Assembly (NCBI RefSeq): GCF_001194135.2
Contig: NC_068991.1
Span: 18,075,275-18,139,274, forward strand
Length of the DNA: 64,000 nt
Reading direction: 5' to 3'
Source: Octopus bimaculoides
Taxonomy: Eukaryota
A program made the translations under genes and the position numbers. A model generated the notes under the pieces. That model was not told where the DNA came from. It saw only the letters and a list, made by a program, of their open reading frames with translations, and searched no databases. Shown piece after piece: positions 1 to 10,799 of this stretch. Position 1 is the stretch's first letter; every line of letters begins with the position of its first letter.

Positions 1-466
1 TGCCAACCCCAGATTTAGAGGAACTATGTAAAAATAAAATTCAATATTTACGAAGTCTGAGTATTCATAACTTCAATATTATTGGAGATCAATCTATGCA
101 CCAAAAACACAATGAACTGCTTCTCATGGATTTGAACTTAAGACTTATAGAAGCCCTTCTACACAAAGAGATTGATGTAACCATGAGCCAACCCAAACAT
201 CTGCAGGTTAATGGCGGCCCCAAAATTATGTGCAGGGAAGCAGCCTGGGCTTTACCTTGAATTCTTGGAACAAAAGGAACTCTGCTAATGAAACTGACTA
301 AGGCTATGGAACCACACCATTTGTTTCAAACTATTGTAGGCTGAGCTAATGAGTTAGTTTCTATGCACTTTCTCAATATGTAAGAAAGTAGTGGACTAAT
401 CTCCTTCAAGTTACACCCTACTATCTTAAAAACTGGACACGTGGAATAATACAATTGTAGATAAAC

Positions 467-855
467 TGTTGTTGTTGTTGGCACTCCGTTGCTTACGACG
501 CCGAGGGTTCCAGTTGATCCGATCAACGGAACAGCCTGCTCGTGAAATTAACGTGCAAATGGCTGAGCATTCCAGACACGTGTATCCTTGACGTAGTTCT
601 CGAGGATATTCATCGTAACACAGTGTGACAAGGCTGACCCTTTGAAATACAGGCACAACAGAAACAGGAAGAAAGAGTGAGAGAAAGTTGTGGTGAAAGA
701 GTACAGCAGGGTTTGCCACCATCCCCTGCTGGAGCCGCGTGGAGCTTTAGGTGTTTTTGCTCAATAAACACTCACAACGCCCGGTCTGGGAATCGAAACC
801 GCGATCCTATGACCGTGAGTCCGCTGCCCTAACCACTGGGCCATTGTGCCTCCAC
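467..855 (-). mobile_element. tRNA-derived SINE, family A
   Basis: Head GTGGAGG(C/T)(G/A)CAATGGCCCAGTGG with box B GGTTTCGATTCC and (AAC)n tail; near-identical to copies at 22386, 42611 and 62617. Confidence 0.9.
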
Positions 856-2015
856 TTATGATTAGAACATCTTTAATCATAAGCCTGCAAGATCAGAAAT
901 AACTTCGAGCTAAGCAATGAAACTAACTGCAATAAGTCTAACTTATTCTTACTGATCTTCATGCAGCATGTTCCTAAGAAGAAACAGAAGTGAGATTCTT
1001 AAACTTATTGTAAGCTGCGTGGTCTGCTTAGACAGCAACTTTTTCATACCTACTCTGCAATCACAGGCAATTCTAATATAATTGAGGCAATGACTAATTA
1101 GCTGGTCCTTCTGATATTCAAACAAAGCCACAGTTAATTGGCTAATCCTTCTCATATTAAAAAAAGAGACTTCTATAAGTTCAGTTGCTGTGTGGAGTAC
1201 AGAAACTAAAACTTTAAGCCTTACTCATGTGGAAAGCTCAAGTGGCAACAACACTTTCTCTCTTACATATACTTACAGATGAAGGGCAAGGCCTAAGATA
1301 GACTCATGGAAAAGAATTTATTGATCTCTAATTATTGCTAACACAGATCATCACCAGTTTCCTTGAAATTCACATTGATTTTATTCTATATTTAAATAAC
1401 ATAAAACAGTACATGTCTCTTAAGATTTAGAGAGGAGACTTTTAAGGGCTACTGCTTCATTGTGATTCCTTGGTATTTGCTGAGTGAATGAAAGATATAT
1501 ATCAATAGGGGATCAGCATTTTACTTCTTTTTTTTTCCTCAGAAAATTTGACCCCCATTCTTAAATGAACTGAGGCAACATGGAATAAAACCCCCTTCCT
1601 TAGAAATGCAATGAAACACCTTCAGCAGATGTGAATGTGTAACCTTCTGGCTGGTAAACCAATATTTTAACAGGGTTTTAATTTATCTTACTGTTAACTT
1701 CATTTTCAGAATTGAAAAATTGATAGCTATATATATATATATNNNNNNNNNNNNNNNNNNNNNNNNNNNNNNNNNNNNNNNNNNNNNNNNNNNNNNNNNN
1801 NNNNNNNNNNNNNNNNNNNNNNNNNNNNNNNNNNNNNNNNNNNNNNNNNNNNNNNNNNNNNNNNNNNNNNNNNNNNNNNNNNNNNNNNNNNNNNNNNNNN
1901 NNNNNNNNNNNNNNNNNNNNNNNNNNNNNNNNNNNNNNNNNNNNNNNNNNNNNNNNNNNNNNNNNNNTACCAAGCCCTTCGGTATGAAGCAACTATTTGC
2001 TGATCCCTTAATTAT

Positions 2016-2060
<45 letters not shown>

Positions 2061-2877
2061 TAGACATATGTATTTTTTCATACCAAGTCAAATGAAGTTA
2101 ATAATCTGAAAAATTATAATCTTATTAGCAATAACTCATTTCAGACATTTAATCAATAGTTTATTCCTGTAAGAGTTTTGCTTCAACATGTGTAATAAAT
2201 TATATACATATATATATATGTATATATTTATTCCACTTATTACTATCCATCACTCTCTTATTCCTTCTCCCACTCCCTCTTCTCAACTGCTTTTATTATT
2301 ATACTCTTGCTCTCCTCTTTCACTCATTACTGTTCTATCATTACTATCATTACTGTTCTCTTTCTACTCGTCTCCTTACTCTTGTAGCCCTGAATGTATG
2401 AACACATTACAAAGTGGTGAAGACTGTTCAATCTTATGGCGTACAAAGCAACCTGGAGATGGTACCACTATAAATACACCTAGAGGACTGTGGGCAGTGA
2501 GTGAGTAACGATGGCAGGTAGAAAAGATTCTTTAGTCATATTGTTGATAGGGTAACATCTCTAATGCCAATGCCACAATAAAATGCATCCCGAACATAGT
2601 AAGACATGAGTGTGATAGAACAGTTTAGTCCTGTCAAGGATATAACAACCTCTGGAGTACTGGTAACAAGACTGGTGTTGAGAAGAACATCTAACTGTAC
2701 AAACATTGAATTGAATGAGTGAGATGTAGTCCTCTGACTCATCTAGAAGAGCAGTAATTCTGAGCACTGACTCAGATTATGATAACTCATCTAACCCAGG
2801 CCAAGCATTGAAAACCAATAGCAATCATTAATAATGATTACAAAGAAGATACATATATGTATGTGTGTGTGTGTGTA

Positions 2878-2914
<37 letters not shown>

Positions 2915-4162
2915 CTACCTGGCCGGCTCCTGTCAAACCATTTCACCTATGCCAGCATTAAAGGCAGACGTTAAAATATATATATATATTAAAAATGACT
3001 GAGAAAGCCACAACAGTGCAAGTTAAAGGTACAGGAGGTAAAACAAAACAAAAACAAAGGTTTTCACTTTTACTTTGTATATAAAGATGTTCCTAATCAT
3101 GAATAGAGTGCAGAGATACTGTTCAAGAAAACCTGACAAGCAAGATTTAATGAAGAAAGGAAGAATGTTACTTGGTTGGAGACCAATGCCCTAAAGCAGG
3201 GATCAGCAATAGGTGAACCTACACTCACTGAGATGTTCTCAGTTAACCTCAGAACTTTAATGTATAAGCTATTGAGTACTTAATGGTTTTTAGATATTAG
3301 TTACATAGACAATGCCAGTGATGGACAAGGAGGGATATATGTGTGTGGGGGGGAGAGAGGATATGTTTATATGTAAGATGTAAGTGGGACATAGAAAAAT
3401 GTAAAAATGAAACAAAAGTGTGTTATTATGAAAAAGAGGAAGTGTTACTGATTCCTGCACTAAAGTATTGTATTTTGGAAGTTGTACTACGAAAGAATAA
3501 ATGTATACCAACATTTATAAAGCAATGCAGGAAAAAATGAAAGTAACACTATGGAGACAGAAGGTGAGATATCACTGTGCACTTATCTTGGTGGACTCCA
3601 TATGACTGTCTCTTAAGACAAACGAGTACAACAAGGAACTAAATACAATAGTGAAATTCCTACTTCATCGAAAGTCCTATAGTTTTTAAAATGAGGCTAA
3701 CATATTTATCAATCTCAAATTCAACAAAGACCCAGACTTTTTTATAGTTCACAATTGATAATGAAAATAGTAATGATATGCAAGAGAAGGTAATAAAGAT
3801 GAGCTGCAGCAGAAAGTCTTCAATTTAAATGCATCACATGCTCTTTCAGTTTTAAAATCAAATTGTTCATGGGTTGATTAGTTTCTCATCTCTCTGAGGT
3901 TGATACATTAAATAAACATTATAACTGTTCTCCTTGATCTCATGAAATTTTGACAATTTCTATTAAAATTTTAATGTCACAAGATGACAAAATTTGAAGG
4001 AAAAGAAAACGCATCTCTTGGAAGTGATATGTGTTCTAGTAATAAACTGGAGTCAACTCAATGGACACACATTATGTTAAACTGATTCTGTCTAAGAATT
4101 GCCTTAACCCTTTAGCATTTAAACCAGCCATATCCAGCCAAAATATTCTGCCTACATCAAGT

Positions 4163-4604
4163 GCCTGGGTGAAGAAGGTAGCTGCTGGAAGACCCTGTGT
4201 CTGACAATAGGACTTTGCACCATGCCACACAAGTGGGAGAACCCAGTCATGACTGTCAGACAATTTCTGTGACCACATCACCCCTAATATCTGACCACAT
4301 AACTCCTCGGACTGCAACCCCCTTGATTATTATACATGGAGCACAGTTGAGCAAGAGACCAACAAAACTACTTATAACACCAAAGATGAACTGAAGGCAA
4401 GGATTATGGCAGAAGAATTGCAGGAGATTCCAAAATATTCTGGAGGTTGTGATTGGAGCCAATGGTGATTTTATTGAATATATTTACTCTTTAGTATTTC
4501 ATGATATTTTTAGGTAATTTTGGTAAATATACCTGTTAAAATAAGATGTCACTGTTATTTTCATTTTTGCATAATTTAGACAATAGTTAATTCATCACAC
4601 CCTG
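4163..4604 (+). mobile_element. Decayed Tc1/mariner (DD37D, maT-like) transposase 3' fragment with right end
   Basis: Reads AWVKKVAAGRPCV*Q*DFAPCHTSGRTQS*LSDNFCDHITPNI*PHNSSDCNPLDYYTWSTVEQETNKTTYNTKDELKARI, with 37 residues between the two Asp. Ends in ...ttcatcacaccctg next to a TA run. Confidence 0.8.
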
Positions 4605-5429
4605 CATATATATATATATATATATATACACATACACACACACACAAACAAACACCATCATCATTTTAACACCCCCTTTTTCATGCTTGAATGGGTCAAA
4701 TGGAATTCATTGAAACACTTTTCTGCAGCCAGATGTCTTTCCTGTTGCCATCTCCTACTTGTTTCCACGCAGTGTAATAATCCCCTAGTCCATCAAACAA
4801 CGAACAACCCAAAGAATGTCCAGAAGATCAACATGCTTTTGCAGTTGTCTGCAAGCAAAGGCTACCAACTTTAGTGATTGCGAGGCTGTTGTTTGCAGCC
4901 AGTGAACACACATGAAGATGAAAAAAAATATCCACTCACACACACACACCTCTCTTGAAAAGCTGGTATGGGTTGATGAAAGAAAGGGTATCCAACCATA
5001 AAATAATACCTTAATAAGTCTTCATTCAACTCATGCCAACATGGAAAAATAAATGCAAAATGAATGAAAGCAGATATATATACACACACTCTCTCTTTCC
5101 TTTCCTGAGCGTCCAATAATACTATCCATATCACGTCCTCACTTTGTTGTCTTTTTGTTATTGTTTTTTTTAACTATATATATATATATATATATNNNNN
5201 NNNNNNNNNNNNNNNNNNNNNNNNNNNNNNNNNNNNNNNNNNNNNNNNNNNNNNNNNNNNNNNNNNNNNNNNNNNNNNNNNNNNNNNNNNNNNNNNNNNN
5301 NNNNNNNNNNNNNNNNNNNNNNNNNNNNNNNNNNNNNNNNNNNNNNNNNNNNNNNNNNNNNNNNNNNNNNNNNNNNNNNNNNNNNNNNNNNNNNNNNNNN
5401 NNNNNNNNNNNNNNNTATATATATATATA

Positions 5430-5983
5430 TTAACAGAATAAGATAAAAATCCAAGGCTGTGAAAGATTTCTGAACATTTATAAATAGGTCTTACAGCTGT
5501 TTCAATGATATTTTATATATCCCTTCATCGGAGGCAGTGTGAGAAAATGGTTAAGCAACAGTTATTCTAGATAAGATATGAAATAGAGAGTGAAGTGGAG
5601 GAATGAAAATAGATATGAGATATGCAGAGATATTGTATCTTCAGTTCCATATATTTAGGCAGAATGGTATACATATAAGATTAAAAAAACCCTCGGTTCA
5701 ATAAAGACCGTTTACAAACTCTATGCTTGGAATGACCAATTTTAAATACTATTGGAACTTAATTACAAGGTACAGGAATCTTATATGTATACCATTCTGC
5801 CTAAATAATGGAACTGAAGATACAATATCCCTGCATATCCCATGCATAACCATTGCTTACCATTTTCTCACACTGTCTCCAATGAAGGGATATATAAAAT
5901 ATCCTGGAAACAGCTGTAAGACCTTCAATTTATAAATGTTCTGAAATCTTTCACAGCTTAAGATTTTTATCTCATTCTGTTAA
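5430..5983. repeat. Foldback element with long imperfect inverted arms
   Basis: Arms 5430-5682 and 5777-5983 are about 90% complementary by eye; the left arm has an ~46 nt extra segment; 94 bp spacer; TTAA at both outer ends. Confidence 0.9.
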
Positions 5984-6836
5984 TTTTTTTTTATATATAC
6001 ATATGCTGATATATGACCTACGTTGGACTCCTCATTTGCATAATCACCAAACCTGGAGCTTAACTATAGTCTGTCCATAGCACTCACTCAGCATTACCTG
6101 ACACCTTTGGGTCTTCTTGACACCATTACCTCTCATAACCTATATATATATAGTATAGAATATCAGTCAACAACATTCACACATTGGGACTGAACACCCA
6201 ACTACATGGTTCATAACTACACAACCATGCCTGTGCCTAAACAAAGTGCCCATGATTGGAATCAATATACAGTGGATTAAAGTTATTATTTTAAAGCTAA
6301 GTTAAGAATAACAACAGAACATTTAATGATATGGTGACTCAATACTGAGAGTAGGTCGAATTTATGTTAAGAAATCAAGTTGACCTTTCAGCTTTTTGAC
6401 CAGTATATATGTATATAAAATACAACTGTATGCATCCATTTTTAACGTTTTGTGTTTGATTTCATCTAAAACAACTTTCTATAGATGTATTTAAGTACTA
6501 CACTAGCTCCAAGAGACATCAGTGAACTAACAGACACTAGTGTATTGATGCGATTCACCTCCTTAGTGATAAACATCGCCAATTTTCTTTCTTTTTTTTT
6601 TTTTGGAGTTAAACGGAGACAGCTAAAGCATGTAAAGGCTTTCCAATATGTTATTGGTATGCAAGGCAGTAAAAAAAAAAAGGATGTGTATATCCATTCT
6701 TAACACGTTCTGCCCACTCGAACGTGAACATGGCTTTTTGCCATTGGATTTTCTCCCTATGCACACACGAGTAATATTTTTTTAAATACATAAATAGAAA
6801 GATAAGCAAACACAGATAACATGATGGTAATTTGAA

Positions 6837-6902
<66 letters not shown>

Positions 6903-8258
6903 CAGAGAGAGTGATTAGTTGACAGATTACACTTGACACACATTAACAAAATCCCTTCATTCATTTTAATTATCTAATGAACCATTTGACATGTCGAAAG
7001 AATCAGCTTATAGCTTTATAGGGAACCAGAAAATAGTAAAAATACCATCCATCATAGCGAAGATTGTATTTCATCAAAAGGCAAAACATTATATAGTTCG
7101 GTATTTATGTACAGCCAGAAATACCTATATATGTACATGAGCATTAACATGTGTATGTGTAAAGTTGACAGTGAATTGTAAACGATGCTTCATAATACAC
7201 ACACACACACATATGTATGTGTGTATGCGTCCACACATTTGAATTGGAGACCATCTAATCTATAGTATTCTAAATATCTTAATTAGTAGCAGTAGAGAAA
7301 TTGTTTATCATTTATCAATGATATATTCCTCTGACTACTTACTCGTTCAGCGATATAAAATATTTACTTGTGTATAATTTTTTGAGAAATATACAAAACA
7401 TTGAGCTTAAAATTGCGAGGGGGGAAGCTGCATTACACTGGAGTGTACAGAAGAATAAGATATATTAGATTTTTTTTTTTAAGTACAAAAATGAAAAATG
7501 AGGGATGTATTGTATTCGACTAAATATTGTCGCTTTTAATTCTCGCAGTTTAAAACCATATATATATATATCTGAGTCACCATGGCGATAATCGCGACGA
7601 ATTTGACCGATGTAAAGAAGAACTATATATAACAACACATCAGTTTTTCGAATGTTTGTAGTTTCAATTTTGAAGTTCCGTGAACAACCTAGAGAAACAC
7701 GTATCTTCCTTCATTGAATACGTCACACCACACCACCTGTAAGCTTTGGAAGATGGTAGAAGACATTGGGAAACAGCAACACCCTTGTCTTGGCAGATCA
7801 TGTCGCATCACATCTCACCACGGACCGAACACAGCTGTTACTAAGTGTTAATAGTAAAGGTCTAGAGTAAGAGAGAGTATGTATGGTTGTCTGTGTCTAT
7901 ATATATATATATATATAGTGGTCGTCAACTCGATATCGAGTATAAGAACCACTTTCTCATTGCAGACATATGCCTGTAGCAGGCTTGATAGGTTTTCTGC
8001 GATGGGCCCTCAGACCACTATGCCATTCCTACAGACGTGTACGCCCCTATCTAGCTATGATTTTGTGAGACACAAGAGGTGTGTGTGTGTGTGTGTGTGT
8101 GTTCATATTTTTGGGTGTTTACTTTTTACCCTGAGGATGTGTAAGGTAATTTACTTATTTAACTTGAATTGACAGTTAAATATAACCTTGTACAAAAATG
8201 TTGACATAGGTAATAAACTTCAATAATAATGGATATTAGCGTCAAAACTCTCATTTAA

Positions 8259-8306
<48 letters not shown>

Positions 8307-9038
8307 GCATACATAGTAATCCCTAAGTATTTTAACCCCAAACCTTAGCAGAAGTAGGAAAATTGCGAATAGTTAAATATTTTCATTAAAAAAAAAATTC
8401 TGTAGCTCTCACAGATTCGCACACCTTGTCATTCGAAAAATAAAATGCAAATATACTTCTTTAAAAAAAAATTGACTTCGTTCTATATATATAAAAAAAA
8501 TAATTTCTTAATAACTGAAATGTACATTTAAAGCTGTGAGTGTTTGTTAATATCAAGTAGGTTTTCGAATTGTCATTCGTACAAATACATAAATAATGCA
8601 TTTCTGTTGTTGTTGGCGTGTGCTGCTATATCTATTTGCGTTCCCTTCTCCCTCATGACTTGAATTAGGATGACAGAAAATATATAGGCTTGGTAATTGT
8701 TAACAGTAAAAGTGACAATAATAAAAAAAGATGTTACTGTAAAAATATAGTTAAAAATGAACATAACCATATATATAATTATATATATGGATAAATATAT
8801 ATATATTGATAAGCTGAGTTGTAGGCGACGGCTGACACTAGAACTAAATATAAGGATATCGAAATATGTACCAGTTATATACTGTTTAATTGATTCATTC
8901 GACTCTTATTACTTCCTCATATAACTTGGTCTTGTACCTGTGTCCAAGAACATATTAATGGTAGCAGAGAAAGAAAAATAACACATGAAATATTATATAA
9001 ATGCAAAAAAAAAGAAAACAACCCGAGTAAATACTGAC

Positions 9039-9143
9039 CTTACACGATACTTTGTAAATGGTAAATCCGTTAGAATGCTTTACGGGGTTCGTAACATCAA
9101 AATGCCAAATCTTCTCCCCATTCAGTGACTTTTTTGTCGCCAT
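9039..9143 (-). CDS. RPS6KC1: First coding exon of an RPS6KC1/SNX15-family PX-domain protein; remaining exons not found in window
   Basis: Translates MATKKSLNGEKIWHFDVTNPVKHSNGFTIYKVSCK, then phase-0 donor AAG|gtcagt. It matches the VT.P..H..G.T.YKV pattern and the 35-codon first exon of human RPS6KC1 (MTSYRERSADLARFYTVTEPQRHPRGYTVYKVTAR). RPS6KC1 and SNX15 cannot be separated on 35 aa. A by-eye search for the WKRYSDF exon in 1-9000 found nothing. Confidence 0.8.
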
Positions 9144-9697
9144 TACTAAGTCGAACCAACCTGTTTTACCAACAGTGAGTTCGTACGTTTTTCTTTTTAC
9201 GACAATTCAATTAAAAAAGACATTAAAATAAACATAAGTTTTTTTTATGTTTAGATTAAAGAATTAAGAACGTTTCTTAACTTCTTTCACATTGATTTTT
9301 TTTTTAGAGCAAAAAAAAACAACATTAAAATAAACTGTTTTTAACGCTTAGATTTAAAACTTTAAGAACGGTTCTTAACTGCTTTAAAATTAAAAACAAA
9401 AATGTTTACGCTTTTTTTAGAATGTCATTATAAAATACACGACTACATCAAATTGAATGAAAGTAAAGCAAGCGTATAATCAAAGTGAGTGAGTGATAGA
9501 GAGAGAGAGAGAGAGAGAGAGTGAAAGGTTGTGTAGAAGTATTGCGCTGCGAACCAGTTTATGACAAGCCAACTACGAAACGCCGCCGAGTCACTTACTT
9601 CCCGAGTGACACTCAGTTGTTTTGTTGTCGGCTTTCGACGGATAAATATTTCTGCTCTTAATTACCGGGATTGTTCATTCGGTATGTCTGTGCGGTG
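9144..9697. promoter_or_regulatory. Putative bidirectional promoter and 5'UTRs of RPS6KC1-like and ARL2
   Basis: 554 bp between two divergent ATGs (9143 minus, 9698 plus). Contains a (GA)n tract at about 9497-9520, a CpG-rich patch at about 9540-9700 and a duplicated palindromic unit at 9220-9385. Confidence 0.7.
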
Positions 9698-9762
9698 ATG
9701 GGGCTGTTAACACTACTAAAAAAAATGAAACAGAAAGAAAAAGAGATGCGAATTCTTATGCT
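9698..9762 (+). CDS. ARL2: ARL2 exon 1 (65 nt coding)
   Basis: MGLLTLLKKMKQKEKEMRILM(L); ends CT|gtatcctt. Too short for the ORF track; found by direct reading. Confidence 0.97.
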
Positions 9763-10759
9763 GTATCCTTTAATATATTTATGTATCATTATGATTATCC
9801 ATCTCTAACTGTATCTGTATATTTTCGTGTTATAAATTTCGATTTTTTCTTTCATTTTATGGTTATGGATTGCTTCACGTTGCCTCCCATCCTATCCATG
9901 TTTGATAAAACGAGTAACCAGTAACATTACTAGGTAACTCGTTTTTACGGTCTTAAATTCAACAAAAAAAGTGACAGTCCTAAATTCTTTTTTTAAGACT
10001 AAATTTTGAAATATCCGACTCTACACACAGATCTCTTTAAAAGATTGTACCAGTCAACCAGAAATAACATTATATTCGTAATTCGCTCCATACATACTTT
10101 TGCGGAAGTTCTCGGCACCACCAATTTATGATCAAATCGTTCGCATTTATTTTAATGACAAATGCGAACAAGTAGAAAAAAAATGGTAATGGATAGATTT
10201 TACAAAATTACATCCACTGCATTTCCATCGACGACCGTCGCAATGTAATTTATGTGAAATTTGTCTGGTAGACTCTCTACACTATTCACATGCACAACTG
10301 TTATGAATGAAATGACTTTTGCACAACATCCAGTTCTAGAGCATGTACTAAATCAAAAACTGTCGGCGTACGGCAGCAATACCTAGTATCTCGTTTGAGT
10401 CGACAATAGTAATCTTCACATGTGTACCCACCAGCCTAGAAACAAATTATAATTCAGAACTGTGCAGTGAAAACACCAGTTTGTATTTAGAGCCCTTAAA
10501 AAACGAGGAAGCCCATATTACTAAGCGATCGATTTAATCAACCATAACATTCCTGACTGAAGAGGGAGTGCTCTCTTCAGAATCTTGCCCCAGTCTCTTT
10601 GCATTCCAAGTTCAAATCTTGTCTGAGTGAATTTTAACTTGCATATCTCCGATGTTCTTAAAGTAAATACCAGTAATATCACATTATCGAATTTTGCCTA
10701 GCTATCAATTTTACATTACGTCTTGTATCATTTTCATCATAAACTACATATTTATGTCA

Positions 10760-10799
<40 letters not shown>

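Noticed and set aside
1678-2109. ORFs spanning N runs (also 5155-5454, 25628-26461, 31405-32286, 33900-34332, 62888-63304)
   Set aside because: Artefacts of translating assembly gaps.
6097-6139. Possible RPS6KC1 exon 2 on the minus strand (VMRGNGVKKTQRCQ) with AG/GT ends
   Set aside because: No resemblance to the expected VVSRRNPEDVQE-type exon and a poor pyrimidine tract.
9174-9420. Plus-strand gtgagt...ttttttag intron-like segment near the RPS6KC1 start
   Set aside because: Would need an antisense transcript for which there is no other support.
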